DNA of 64,000 bases from a virus, in IMG/VR virus record IMGVR_UViG_3300027143_000001, positions 32,001-96,000 of that record; one strand, 5' to 3'. Below the pieces are notes generated by a model, which searched no databases, was not told where the DNA came from, and was given only the letters and a program-made list of their open reading frames with translations. Position numbers and translations under genes: made by a program. Below are positions 29,154 to 40,600 of the stretch, one piece after another (position 1 is the first letter of the stretch; each line of letters begins with the position of its first letter).

Positions 29154-31817
29154 TTACTTGCCGCTTTCTGCGACTTTTCTGTTGGTTACATATTTTTCAA
29201 ACATATCCGTTACATAGGTTCCAGCACTCAGATACGAGGTAGGGTCATTTGGATTGTCAATCTTCTGAAATTTGTACAGCTTCTCGTTACGCTTTGTGCT
29301 AGGGTCAAAATACTGGAAAGTGATACCCAAGCCAAATGCACCAGAGACGTCACGCACACCAGCAGCGGTGTAATCAAAACCAACAGCGTTCATATAGCCA
29401 GGAGCTGTCACAATGGTGTTGGGATCAGCTGCAAATGCTGAGAAAGATCCTAGGTCAGTAGAGTTCACCGTATTCTTAGCCAGATACTTGTTGAAGCGTT
29501 CCAGCGGTAATGCGTTCTCACGGATGGTAGAATAAGGAAGTGTTACTGTTACAGTTTCTCCCTGCTTAAAACCTAAAGTTTTTGCAGCACTGGAATTAAT
29601 ATCAACCTTGAACTTTACCTTTACCTTCTCTCCCTGCGCATCATATGATACCGTGGCTGAATTACCCATCAGTTCTTTGATACTTACAGGAGACATGGAT
29701 GCTAACTTTTCAGGTGCAATCTTAGCACCGGTCTCTGCTACTTCTACAGAAGCAGCCGTATTTCCTGAAGCAGCGCCATCAATCAGCTGATACAATTCTG
29801 CGGAAGTAATCCCACTAAACTCAAATGTATCACCTGTTACACGCGCACGGTCATTGTATTGTGCGTCTACACGTTGGCTTAAATAAGATTGCTGAGCATC
29901 ACTTAGTCCGCTCAAATCATATACCGGTGTTCCGTCTTCTAATCTGTACAACAACTTAGCGCTTTCATATCCAGACTTAAGGTTGCCATATCCATCAGTA
30001 ATTTCTTTACTGATGTTTTTGGCATTACGTAGCAAGCTCTCGCGCTGTGTCATCAGTATGTTCATACTCGATAGCGACTTGCTGAACATATCCAACATCT
30101 TTGTGATTTCTTCTGTTTTCTTAATACCTGCATAGTCAGCAACAATCTCACGACCACGTGTATAAGTTGCTGCAGTAAACCCATCCAGCAATGATTGAGC
30201 TGCCTGCGGATTATTATTAGGATCTACAACTTTGGTATGTGTTTTCTTACCGTACTCTTTTAAGATTTCCTTGTCAGCATCTGTCAGCTGAATCCTGGTA
30301 TCACCATTGGCAATCTGCTGTACTTTATACATAATGTTATAGTACTTGCCATGTTCTGCCTCACCCACCACCAGGTTCATCAAACCGTTACCGGCTCCAA
30401 ACGTAGTGTTGAACAAATTATCGCGGTTCTTGGCCATACCATCCATCAATACATCTACCCCTGTAAAGACCTGTTGTCCAGCAGCATTACGTCCTAAGTA
30501 AGATTCAGACGGAAGATCGCCTTTACCTTGTGCAATTTTAACATCCAGAGCATACTCGCGATCCTTGTTCGCCTGCTCCTGGTTCATCTCCATGATCTTA
30601 AGCTCGCGATCCTGTTTCATCTTGGCGTAGGTTAGCTCTCTATCCTGTGCCATTTTCCATCTGGTAAGAACTACATCGTCAGACTTGATATCTACAGATG
30701 CTGTAGCATCGCTGTATCCTTTGGCCCACATCTTTGCAGTCTGGCTTTTAGCTTGTTGTGCAAAAATACCATGGATGTTTTGTGCTATAAAGTTTGCACC
30801 CTCTTCATCAAGTTTACTTGACAGAGATGATGCACCATCACGCTGGTTAATGTATGCGTCTTTTTCGTTGAGCGCATTGATGTACTTTTCTTTTACATCT
30901 GGATCCTCAATGCCATCAGGATATTTTTCTTCAATAAGCTTGATGCGTGATTCTATTTTCTCTAGCTCTGTGTCAGCTGTAGTAGTTTCTTCTGCGGTAT
31001 CAGTTTGCAATTGTTTTGCAAGCTGACCAGATACCATTTGTAACGCCTGCTCACGGGATACACCCTGAGATTGCTGAATGTTACGAATAGCGCTCTCTGC
31101 CTGCACCCAGCCTTGTTGCTGTAACTGACGGTCAAAGCGATTGCCCATCTGTGCCTGCGCCCAGTTGGTAAATGCTGCGTAAGACATCTTACCATTACCA
31201 TAAGTAACAATGTAAGGATTCTTACCATCTGCCGTAGCTACCTTAACGCCAATGTTTTGCTGCTTTGCTGCATCATTTAAGAATGTTGCAATATCATCCA
31301 TAGGCACAAACTCCTGCGGGCGAATCTTCTGAATAGACCCGTCACCACGTTTAGAGCTACGTAAATCTTCTTCTGCAAACCCAATAGCCTGACGACTAAA
31401 GTCATTATACTGCGCACGCATTTTAGGATCAGTACTGTTTTTGTACTGCTCCATACGTTGCTTTTGCTTTTGGTGAAACGAGGTAACCTGCATATCATAT
31501 GCGAGCTCCTGGTCCCTGGAGATTGGATTAAAGATTTCCTGCGCCTGCATTACGTTGGTAGGATTGGACAAGTCCACCCCTGCCAGACTCTTAATAGAGT
31601 TCTGCAGTTTCTTCATAACCTCCTGACGGTAGAGTTCGTTGGACTCACTGGTCAGGGGATTGTTAAGCGCAGAGTTATAGATACTCTTGACCATGTTAAA
31701 ACCACGGTCGTACTCCTGCTGACGCTGGCCATAGATCTCAGTCAAAAACTGGTAATCTGGCTTGTACACCTCAGCAGGTGTAATGTTGTCTGTTATACCT
31801 TGTATGAATGTTGACAT
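29154..31817 (-). CDS. Conserved crAss-like cargo/core protein (887 aa)
   Basis: Long helical ORF, translationally coupled to the upstream gene (TAATG), in the cargo cluster. Confidence 0.6.
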   Translation of the reverse strand: MSTFIQGITDNITPAEVYKPDYQFLTEIYGQRQQEYDRGFNMVKSIYNSALNNPLTSESNELYRQEVMKKLQNSIKSLAGVDLSNPTNVMQAQEIFNPISRDQELAYDMQVTSFHQKQKQRMEQYKNSTDPKMRAQYNDFSRQAIGFAEEDLRSSKRGDGSIQKIRPQEFVPMDDIATFLNDAAKQQNIGVKVATADGKNPYIVTYGNGKMSYAAFTNWAQAQMGNRFDRQLQQQGWVQAESAIRNIQQSQGVSREQALQMVSGQLAKQLQTDTAEETTTADTELEKIESRIKLIEEKYPDGIEDPDVKEKYINALNEKDAYINQRDGASSLSSKLDEEGANFIAQNIHGIFAQQAKSQTAKMWAKGYSDATASVDIKSDDVVLTRWKMAQDRELTYAKMKQDRELKIMEMNQEQANKDREYALDVKIAQGKGDLPSESYLGRNAAGQQVFTGVDVLMDGMAKNRDNLFNTTFGAGNGLMNLVVGEAEHGKYYNIMYKVQQIANGDTRIQLTDADKEILKEYGKKTHTKVVDPNNNPQAAQSLLDGFTAATYTRGREIVADYAGIKKTEEITKMLDMFSKSLSSMNILMTQRESLLRNAKNISKEITDGYGNLKSGYESAKLLYRLEDGTPVYDLSGLSDAQQSYLSQRVDAQYNDRARVTGDTFEFSGITSAELYQLIDGAASGNTAASVEVAETGAKIAPEKLASMSPVSIKELMGNSATVSYDAQGEKVKVKFKVDINSSAAKTLGFKQGETVTVTLPYSTIRENALPLERFNKYLAKNTVNSTDLGSFSAFAADPNTIVTAPGYMNAVGFDYTAAGVRDVSGAFGLGITFQYFDPSTKRNEKLYKFQKIDNPNDPTSYLSAGTYVTDMFEKYVTNRKVAESGK

Positions 31818-34800
31818 TATCTTCCTGTCTTACGCTTGATTAATATTCTGAACATCTCGTCTGGTGTAACCACCGCTCCGCCCGTAGCAAAACCTCGTAC
31901 GCCACTCATGCCTGCAATGTCATAACCTGAATAGTTTGAATACCCTGCATAGGGATCTGCATACAACGCTGCTGCAGGATTACTTCTCAGAAGTGCATTG
32001 GTGCGATTCATCTCTGCAAGTGCTGCTTGTTTTGCAGCATCTTCTCCCAGCTCCGCTTTATAAGCTTCAAATGTCTCTCTGTAGGCTTTGATACCAGCGT
32101 CACTGTTCATTGCAGCACTAACTGCATATGGATCAGCAGTACCTTTGCGTCCTGAACCTGAAGCATACCCTGTTGCATAGCCCGGTACGTATAAGTCCGC
32201 CATAGTCATGTCGCGACCTTGGCCTGAAAACTCAGCGTTATAAGAAATAGGATCAATATACACCTGTGGAGTCTTAACTTGCTCTTGCAATTTTTTGCGC
32301 TGGTAATTAGTCATACCTGCCATAAGTGCTCTCAGTTTATTTCTATCTTGCAGATTTTGCGAGTTTTCATTTTGCTGTCCTTCTGTTGCAAGATCCTTGT
32401 TATACTGATAAGCATACTTGGAGTTCATGTCACGCTCCGTGTTCTCAATCTGCGCGTTAAACTGTCCAGCCTGTGTAGACGTTTGACCATTGACAGTGTT
32501 GGTCTGTGCGTCGCTCAGTGCATTGTTTTGCAGGGTCTCACCAGTATTACCCATCATGGCTCCCAACGCTACGTTACCATCAGCGGAGTTTTGCGCCATG
32601 TTATTAAAATTGGCAGAAACACCTTGGTTGTTGGCAATGGTAGACGCATTGGTAACAGTAGTCCACTCCGGGGTAACAAAATCAACCTGTTGTTTAGCAG
32701 GTCTGAAACGCTCGTTATCGCGGGTAGATTCAAAGGCAAAGTTTACAATGTCTTGTGCCCACCACGGTCCTTGTTTTCTTCTTCCTGGAGGAACTTCTGT
32801 AGTTGTATACTCTTGACATTCTGCCTGCGCTTTCTCTAATGAGTCATAAGGAGTAACTTTTTTTCCAGTTGGAGCAACAGGTGAAGAACCTTCATCATAG
32901 TTTACAGTTTGCACAGAACGCGTACCATCTTCTGACTCTACGCAGTAATAAGCCTGCTTCTTACCTGGATCTTTTTCTTTTTCTACCTCAGGTGGCTGCC
33001 AATCTTCTTTAATTCCAAAATACTGGCGAGAAGTGTTGTTGCCATAAAAGTCATCAATATAAGAAGTACCAGTCTTGTCAGAATCCTGATCCGTTTTACT
33101 ACCAGTTGCATCAACATCAAATCCTGCGTCTTTGAACTGCTGAATATACTCAGGTTGTCTGCCCACTTTGTTTGCGGCACGATACGCAGCCTGAAATGCA
33201 ACGCGTCCCACATCGTCCATGGCCTGAATACCTAAACGATTTGCAACAGCGTTATACACTTTGTTCTTTGTGTTTACAGGATTACCTTTCTCATCATAGA
33301 TTTGACCAACAGTTCCTGTAAAAGAGTCCCAAGCTTTGGAGTTTCTAAAATCACCTTCATCACCATACACAGAACGCATCAGCAAGTTGTCTTTATTTCC
33401 TTGTAGCAAGTATTTAAGAACGTCCTCTTGCTTAAGCCCCTTAAGTTGATCCAATGTCTCCTTAGGTATTTTACCTGTGCTGTTTGGATCATTTAATATT
33501 GCCTGAAACTCTTTGAACAATGCATCTCTCAAACCCTGGTTGTTAGCACCTTGGATGATAGACTCATATGATTTGATATCCTCTGCATACTTATTCTGAT
33601 ATGTTTTAGGATCATATCCCTCAACCTCAGGCGCTTCATAGTCAACTAGCTTGTTGCCTGCGTTATAAACATAAATACCATCAGGATTGTAAACCTTTTT
33701 CTGATTGGTCTTTGTGTCTTTTACTTCTATAATCTTGCCTGTCTCAGCGTCTCGTACAATGTTTAATGTACCTTTCTTGTAGCGCTTTACTTTTCTGTTG
33801 GTTTTTGGATCAACAACCTCGTCCACAAATGTCTCCTGATTAGCCGTTCCTGCATCTTGATAGCGCGGAATCATGTAGCCTGAAGTAAACGTAGGCATTT
33901 CATATGCACCGCCTTCTTTAAAATCAGTAAGATTGCTAGGTGCTGGTGCAGATCTTCTTGCGGGTGCTGCTTGTTGAGGGCGAGATCTTTGTGTAGTGTT
34001 TTGTTGCTGAGGTTGCTGTTGTGTTTGTCTTGCAGGTGCAGGTTGGCTATCTGGATCATATAGTACAGCAGCGTTACCACTTGATGCTCTATTTGTATCA
34101 GCGGCTCCAGCTTGTTGAGACTGTTTGGGGTTTTGAAAACCTTGACTCAAATCAACTTTTGTAAACTGTCTGTCACGGTCTGCATAAATCAGATCACTTT
34201 GAAAAAGGTTTTCAGTCTGTGATCCATAAATCTCATTGTATCCTGTGATTTTTCCGTTTTGGTCATAGATAGGGGTTACCTTTCTAGCTTTCAGTGAAGG
34301 TGATGAATGAGGATGGTTTTGAAATTTTCTTGCTGCATATGGCCACTCAACGCGGTACATGCTATCACCTTTAAAAAACAAATCACCAGTGTTTAGTTTT
34401 TTACCGTTTACGTCAATGCCGTAATTGTACTTGTACCAGTCGTCACCAATAAAGGGTTCATTGCTTTCTCCAATGTAGTAATGAAGGTTCTGATCACCAT
34501 ACATGCGATCATAAGGAACACTGGTGTTGTAAGATTTATTGAAGCTGTGCTCATCAATGTAAAACTTTTGTCCGCTTTCTGTATTAAGAAACACATATTG
34601 ATTGGGACTAAAAGTGTTAATCTGACTTTCATTGGCCATGTAACGGTGAGGCTTGCCATTGATGTAGACAATTGTAGCAGGAGTAAGTCCAATCTGATCT
34701 CCTGTTGGTCTAACCTTTTTTACATCACCTGCACTCTGGTATTTATGTAATCCACCCCATCTGCCTTGTGGCATTTCTTGAGGCATCATTTCTTGTGACT

Positions 34801-35419
34801 CTTGCTGCTGTGGCTGTTGTACCATCTCTGGTGTAACACCCAGCACTGAAGCAGCCATCTCTGCAATAGCAGGAATACCATCAGGAAAACCTTTCATGGA
34901 TTCCTGAATAAGCGCCAGTGTGCTCAGCTTCTGCAAGTTGTTCTTCAACATCTCAGACGCGCTGCGCTTGGTAATGTTATCTGCCTCAGGATTTTTCAGG
35001 TCAGCAACGTATGCATTGATCTGATATTTCTTAGCAATTTCAGCAGGCGTGTATCCTCCCTTTCTGGGAGAAAGACCAAACACCTTTTGCAACACTTCCT
35101 CATCCTTAATGCGAAGCTTGCGAGTGTTGGAATATATGAATGAACCTGCAGGTACATCAACGGGTGTACCACCCTTGCTGTGAGGTTTGCCGGTAAAGGT
35201 AAACAGTTCCAGGAAACCATCTTTGTTGGTATCCCCTACAACAACTTCACCGCGCTCCACTTCAATGGATGCTTCTTCGCGGGGTACTGGACCCATTGTT
35301 GTTTTGACGTCGTCTTCTGCATTACCTCCCATACCCGCGTTGCGGTAACGGCTGTCATAGAAGCTATAGTCTACTTGGTCACCCAGCTTAGGGGCGGTTT
35401 TGATACGGATTCTTTGCAT
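31817..35419 (-). CDS. crAss-like cargo protein (1200 aa)
   Basis: N-terminal IEVERGEVV...GKPHSKGGTPV...SFIYSN motif typical of crAss cargo proteins; Gln/Pro-rich linkers; internal xxxGG motifs. Confidence 0.65.
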   Translation of the reverse strand: MQRIRIKTAPKLGDQVDYSFYDSRYRNAGMGGNAEDDVKTTMGPVPREEASIEVERGEVVVGDTNKDGFLELFTFTGKPHSKGGTPVDVPAGSFIYSNTRKLRIKDEEVLQKVFGLSPRKGGYTPAEIAKKYQINAYVADLKNPEADNITKRSASEMLKNNLQKLSTLALIQESMKGFPDGIPAIAEMAASVLGVTPEMVQQPQQQESQEMMPQEMPQGRWGGLHKYQSAGDVKKVRPTGDQIGLTPATIVYINGKPHRYMANESQINTFSPNQYVFLNTESGQKFYIDEHSFNKSYNTSVPYDRMYGDQNLHYYIGESNEPFIGDDWYKYNYGIDVNGKKLNTGDLFFKGDSMYRVEWPYAARKFQNHPHSSPSLKARKVTPIYDQNGKITGYNEIYGSQTENLFQSDLIYADRDRQFTKVDLSQGFQNPKQSQQAGAADTNRASSGNAAVLYDPDSQPAPARQTQQQPQQQNTTQRSRPQQAAPARRSAPAPSNLTDFKEGGAYEMPTFTSGYMIPRYQDAGTANQETFVDEVVDPKTNRKVKRYKKGTLNIVRDAETGKIIEVKDTKTNQKKVYNPDGIYVYNAGNKLVDYEAPEVEGYDPKTYQNKYAEDIKSYESIIQGANNQGLRDALFKEFQAILNDPNSTGKIPKETLDQLKGLKQEDVLKYLLQGNKDNLLMRSVYGDEGDFRNSKAWDSFTGTVGQIYDEKGNPVNTKNKVYNAVANRLGIQAMDDVGRVAFQAAYRAANKVGRQPEYIQQFKDAGFDVDATGSKTDQDSDKTGTSYIDDFYGNNTSRQYFGIKEDWQPPEVEKEKDPGKKQAYYCVESEDGTRSVQTVNYDEGSSPVAPTGKKVTPYDSLEKAQAECQEYTTTEVPPGRRKQGPWWAQDIVNFAFESTRDNERFRPAKQQVDFVTPEWTTVTNASTIANNQGVSANFNNMAQNSADGNVALGAMMGNTGETLQNNALSDAQTNTVNGQTSTQAGQFNAQIENTERDMNSKYAYQYNKDLATEGQQNENSQNLQDRNKLRALMAGMTNYQRKKLQEQVKTPQVYIDPISYNAEFSGQGRDMTMADLYVPGYATGYASGSGRKGTADPYAVSAAMNSDAGIKAYRETFEAYKAELGEDAAKQAALAEMNRTNALLRSNPAAALYADPYAGYSNYSGYDIAGMSGVRGFATGGAVVTPDEMFRILIKRKTGR

Positions 35420-35458
35420 AAACTTTAGAAGTTTAAAAGGGTAGGAAGGCTAAACATC

Positions 35459-35478
35459 TCACATTTAGAATTTACAAA
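35459..35478 (-). promoter_or_regulatory. Putative phage late-promoter motif, copy 3 (TTTGTAAATTCTAAATGTGA)
   Basis: Near-identical to the copies at 52039-52058 and 59138-59157; all three are intergenic and upstream of minus-strand starts. Confidence 0.55.
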
Positions 35479-35522
35479 TTTAATCGCAAAAGTCCTACTC
35501 TTGTAGATGTTTTTTGTAGAGG

Positions 35523-37601
35523 TTATAAAAATTCAATCTCACCACCGGCAGCCAGGATTGCTGCAATCTCTTCTGCAGAGACTTCATAGGTTCCACCCTG
35601 GCGGTATCTTTTTGTACCTCCGTAGCGTGCTCCTACTTGTGAGAAGTCTTGCATGGGTGTACCCATTACTAGTTGTGAATTAGGACCTACAGCCATGTTG
35701 GTACGCTCGTTACCAAATGCATTCTTGGGGTTGTAGGCATTGTACATGGAGTCTGTGTTGTTGGTTTCACGCAACAGTTGGTCGTAGCTTTTGTTTCTGC
35801 GCTGGTCGCGTTTTTCCGCCCAGTCTGCAAAGTAACCCAAACCGACAATAGCATTGTTACCTGCCACAAATCCAGCTTCGTCACCCTGATATTTTGTTTG
35901 TGATGTTTGCTGCATTTTAACGCCAGGATTTTCAACAGTACCCAAACCGCTTCCTACTGCAACATCACCCAACACACCTTCAAGTTGTTGTTGTCCAAGC
36001 ATTGCATTGTACATACCAGATCCTGGACCTGTGCCTTTAACAGGCGTGCCTGTACCTATACTGTTTGCAGGTGTATTCTGCGCAGGTTGGTTAGCAGTTT
36101 CTTCTGTTTGACCAGTTTCACTTCTCCACATCTCCATAAGCTTGGCTTGGTTTGCGCTGTTCTGCATTACGTCTTGACGCATTGCATTCTGTGCAAACCA
36201 CTGGTTAAATGGAACAGCACCCCCTGGTTGAAAGCGCATCATACCACCTTGTCTTTTCTGCTGCAAATTTCCTCTGTCCATGTAGTCTTGAAAGCCTGCA
36301 GGCATTTGAGGCATTACAGGTGCAGCACTTGCAGCAGGATTTGGAGTATACATGCTCTCCATATCCATCATGTTACCCATACCTGATCCTTTAGACCCCC
36401 TATGAGGAAGCGGCTGAGATGCGGGAGGTGTAGTAGTGGATGTCTGAGAAGTTGTAGTAGAAGATCCGCTACCCATGTATCCAGATTGAGCACCAGCAAA
36501 ATCATCATACATATTGCCAGCTTCTAATGTAGCACCCATCCCTGATCCACCAGACTTTGTCATCCTGGTTTTTGGATCCGGATTCATATCCTGTTGTGCA
36601 GGAGGCGTTGCAGGTGTAGGATTGGCTTTGTCATAACGTGCTTTCAATACATCCTGAGTGTTACCATACTCGCCAGTACCTGTATTCATAAGCTTGCTGT
36701 CGTGCTTGTCTTTAGCAAACATTTTCTCATAGCCAAGTGTTGCCCCTGACAATCCTGATGCAAGTCCAATCATACCTTTTAAGAATGAACCTTTTGGTAA
36801 GTATTGAGCAACACCGCGAGGATCTGTCAGAGTTGTAGCTGTAGCCAAACCACGATTCCATTTACTATTGTCAAGGTTCTCCAGCCTGTGACGACTTACT
36901 CTGTCTACCTGGTAGTCACCCTCTTGGTACATATCGCTATGTGGACCACTATAGTAATCTCCTCCGTCATCATACATGGACAACTCACCACCCTCTTCCC
37001 AGGTACCAAAGCGCTTATGCCAGTACAGTGGTGAGAATGGATCTTTTGCTTTTGCAGAATCTCTGCCACCCATGCGGTCCCAGAAACGCTCGCGACGGTC
37101 TTCACTACCATGTTGAGTGTAGTCTTTCATACCGTCATATCCACCATGCACCACTTTGTATTGATCTCCTTTTTTAGCAAGCACCATCCACTTCTTACCA
37201 TCACTTGTGGATTCTTTCTTTACACCTACTTTGGTGAAACCCATGTTCTTGTAGCGTTCAGGAATTCCTCCGCCATCCTCATAAGATTCCACTTCTTCTG
37301 GCAAATCTTCTCCAAGATATCCTCCAAAGCGTTTGCTAAAGTCCATTGACATGCCTCCTTGTTCCATAAAAGGAACTGTGTACACGCCTCCAAAATTATA
37401 CATACCGCCACACTCATAGCAGATATTACCACCCATCTCAGCTTTTTTCCAGCCGCCACCACGTTCCTTATACCACTTGGCAGCATAACCGTTCGCATAT
37501 GCAGAAGGATAAACATCATACTTAGCTTTAGCAGCAGCTTTTGCTCTGCTCCAAAGTTCAGGGTTGGTTGGGGTGTTGCCACCGTTTTTCATGTATTCCA
37601 T
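35523..37601 (-). CDS. Modular low-complexity cargo protein (692 aa) with DUF5872-N-like and DUF5754-like modules
   Basis: PTNPELWSRAK...YPSAYANG...YKERGGGW module; KKWMVL...GYDGMKDYTQH...RRERF...SPLYW module; more than 10 xxxGG motifs. Confidence 0.6.
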   Translation of the reverse strand: MEYMKNGGNTPTNPELWSRAKAAAKAKYDVYPSAYANGYAAKWYKERGGGWKKAEMGGNICYECGGMYNFGGVYTVPFMEQGGMSMDFSKRFGGYLGEDLPEEVESYEDGGGIPERYKNMGFTKVGVKKESTSDGKKWMVLAKKGDQYKVVHGGYDGMKDYTQHGSEDRRERFWDRMGGRDSAKAKDPFSPLYWHKRFGTWEEGGELSMYDDGGDYYSGPHSDMYQEGDYQVDRVSRHRLENLDNSKWNRGLATATTLTDPRGVAQYLPKGSFLKGMIGLASGLSGATLGYEKMFAKDKHDSKLMNTGTGEYGNTQDVLKARYDKANPTPATPPAQQDMNPDPKTRMTKSGGSGMGATLEAGNMYDDFAGAQSGYMGSGSSTTTSQTSTTTPPASQPLPHRGSKGSGMGNMMDMESMYTPNPAASAAPVMPQMPAGFQDYMDRGNLQQKRQGGMMRFQPGGAVPFNQWFAQNAMRQDVMQNSANQAKLMEMWRSETGQTEETANQPAQNTPANSIGTGTPVKGTGPGSGMYNAMLGQQQLEGVLGDVAVGSGLGTVENPGVKMQQTSQTKYQGDEAGFVAGNNAIVGLGYFADWAEKRDQRRNKSYDQLLRETNNTDSMYNAYNPKNAFGNERTNMAVGPNSQLVMGTPMQDFSQVGARYGGTKRYRQGGTYEVSAEEIAAILAAGGEIEFL

Positions 37602-37609
37602 AGGTAAGC

Positions 37610-40600
37610 TTATATTTGTCCACCATCTTCCTTACGTCTGTGCTGATAAGGAATGCGCTGGCTGGATGTCTTTGTTCTTTTAAATTTTTCTTTCTCTGAA
37701 GCACTAAGTTCTGACGACGTTTTAGGTGTGTCATCAGATACACGTTTAGAGGGTCTGCATGCAGGATATCCTTTACGCTTTTCACCTTCCTGTCTTCCGC
37801 AAGGTTTACCGGTTTTTACATCAACCCACTTCTCTGCAAACCAGCGGTCAAGTCCGCCATGCTCTCCTCCCCCTACAAATTTACTCAATGCTCCGCCAAA
37901 AGCAAAACCTTCTGGTGTAGATTCTTGTTCATCCATCATCATACCTGCACCTACAGCTGGTATTGCAGCAGGTAACATGCGAATCAACTTGCGTTTATCT
38001 TCTATAGAAGTGTTGCCTTTGAAGAACCTGTTGAGGTATTGGTCTTTGATCATATAGTCTACCATATCATCTGAAGGATTCTGCAATGCCTGAATGGCTT
38101 GCTCCATACTTATACCTGATTCCTGAGCATATCTCTTTGCAAGGTTCATGCGCGCCACCATTAACTCAGAGTGAAGTTCTTTTGGTGAGGCCGCCCATGT
38201 TTTAACTTTGTCTTTATTTGCTTTCCTATATAATGGAAGTTCAACATCCTCAATCTTTTTAATCTTGTCATCATACTCATCTACAATTTGTATTGCAAAA
38301 TCATAATGATCATTTGTAGAAACTTTTCCGGCAGCCACGTCGTCATTGAGCTGCTGAAGCTTTGCATTCTTTTCATCACCTAAGTCAATAAGTCTTTGAC
38401 GTATTTGCTGATAACCAACATCATCTCGCCACAGCTTTGGTTCAACCATTGCATCTGCAAACATTTTACCTGTAGGTGTAGATGTGTTTGCAAAAAAGTA
38501 AGGAGTGATGGTTGAGTCATAATTTGTAATAGCGCTTGACCAGGGAAAAACTGGATCCCCAAATCTTTGAAAAGTGTGACCTGTTTCGTGTGCACTTGTT
38601 GCAGCAACACCTTTTGGATCAACATGATAAAATCCCTGATTTCTTAAGGTAATGTTATAATCGTTATTGTTTACACCAAGTATCTTACCCCTATTCTCTG
38701 TAATGTAATCTTTAGCAGTATCAACAATTTTAGAGTCTGCGGCAAGATCTGAAGAACGACTGCTTACAAGCCTTGAAGGATTAGTGTTCAAAATATTGTT
38801 AGAGTCCATAACTGAGCTATTGGTATCAAACGTCAGTCGGAATCTATTAACCGTTGCTGGATCAAGTGCGGTAGCGCGGTCAACAACTTGACCTCTGATT
38901 TCTCCGTCAGGGCCATAAATCCACTGCTTGACAAAGTCCTCACCTTCTTTAAGTGCCGCGTCTTGTTTGGCCCATACCTTTTGCTTTTGTGATTTTGTCA
39001 TAGGAAAGATCTCAAAGAATGGACGCTCTCCTTCTACCACTTCAGCCAACCCTTGACCAAGTCCATATAAATGCTCATTAACGGCAGGAGTCTTTTTTTC
39101 TCTGACAAACTTAGCAAGCTTACCATCTCCTTTGGGTTGCCACACACTGGCATCATATGCAAAGCTTCTAAATTTACTAGGTAAATTACCAAAGATACTT
39201 GCAGAAGCAGGAGCTGCTGCTTGTGACATTTGTGCTACATCTTGCGAAGCATTCACCATCCTGCCTATGTTTCCTGCACGTGTAGCATCGTCTATAATTC
39301 CTGCACCTACTAGGTTTAGTGGATCCGATCCTGCTAAGATTAATTCTTCTAGCGCCTGTGTACTGCCGGGTTGAACATAAGATTCCAGGCTACCATAAGT
39401 CATAGGCTTTGTACTTCTGCCAGACACAGCATTTGCCATATCCCCACTGAACGCTCCTCTGACAAGATTGCTGGTATACCCTAATGGTGCAAACACTCCC
39501 AGTCGTGACGCATTCTTTGCTTCTTCAGGACTCAAGTCTTCATCATTGTAGTCAATACCAAATAGATTAGCCATACCCTGGCGGAACTGTGTACCCATGT
39601 CTGGGTTCAAATTGTATCTAGCCTGGGATTCTCCAATAATGCTAAGCTGCTCAGGTGTAAATGTCTTTAACCACTCTTGGCGGTTTCTATCACCTTGAGG
39701 GTTTTGTGCCAAGATTTGTTCTGCTACTTTAGTACGTGCATAATCATATGCCCTTTTTTTAGAGCGCTTGTCGCTGTATGCATCAAAGCCCACCGCACGG
39801 GCAAATCCTGTGTCTTCTTTACCCATCCACTCTTTGGCAAACTTGTCCATATCACCTGCGTATTGGCCACGATCTGACATGACCTCTACAGGTTTTCTAT
39901 AAGTGAATACAGGGGCGTTGTTTTTAGTGTCCCACGATGTGTAACCACTATCAAACAAAAAATCAAAACGTCTGTCATTGGCACGATCGTAATTAAACTT
40001 ACGCTGCCCTTCTGCAGGCTTTACATATTTTTCAATGAATGCTTCTTTTTCTTCTACTGTCAGCTCTCTTCCTCTGCGCTGCTCCTCACGATTAAGCATA
40101 TCAGACCACTGTTGTGCGCCTTGTGTGTATGCCTTCCAACCAGCTTCATATTCTGCACGCTGGTCAGCATTATTCATAGCATCATAGTTTGTAACTGGAG
40201 CATCAACGCTTTTGCGCCTGGGCCCACCTTTGACAAACTTCTGCAATTTTGAATTACTGTAGGTTACACCACCGTCTCGCTGAACTTCATGAAAAGTAAA
40301 CCACCAACCAAAAGGCGAGTTCTTATCCTTCTTACCCATGTCACGGTGCAATAGTTCAGCGTACGTGTGCCCCGTAGTGCCATGATCGCGTATAGGATAT
40401 TCATCCAGGTCATCAGGATTCATGTGCCTATAATGATCCATTGTTCGCTTCATCTCAGGATCATCTTTATACTTATCATGCATGGCTTTAAAAGTCTGCT
40501 CGCCAAAGTATCCATCGGCTTCTACACCTAAAAAGTTCTGGATGTTTTTAATCTTTTCAGGAGTAAGATGATAATATGATGTCATGGCAATACCAGGCTC

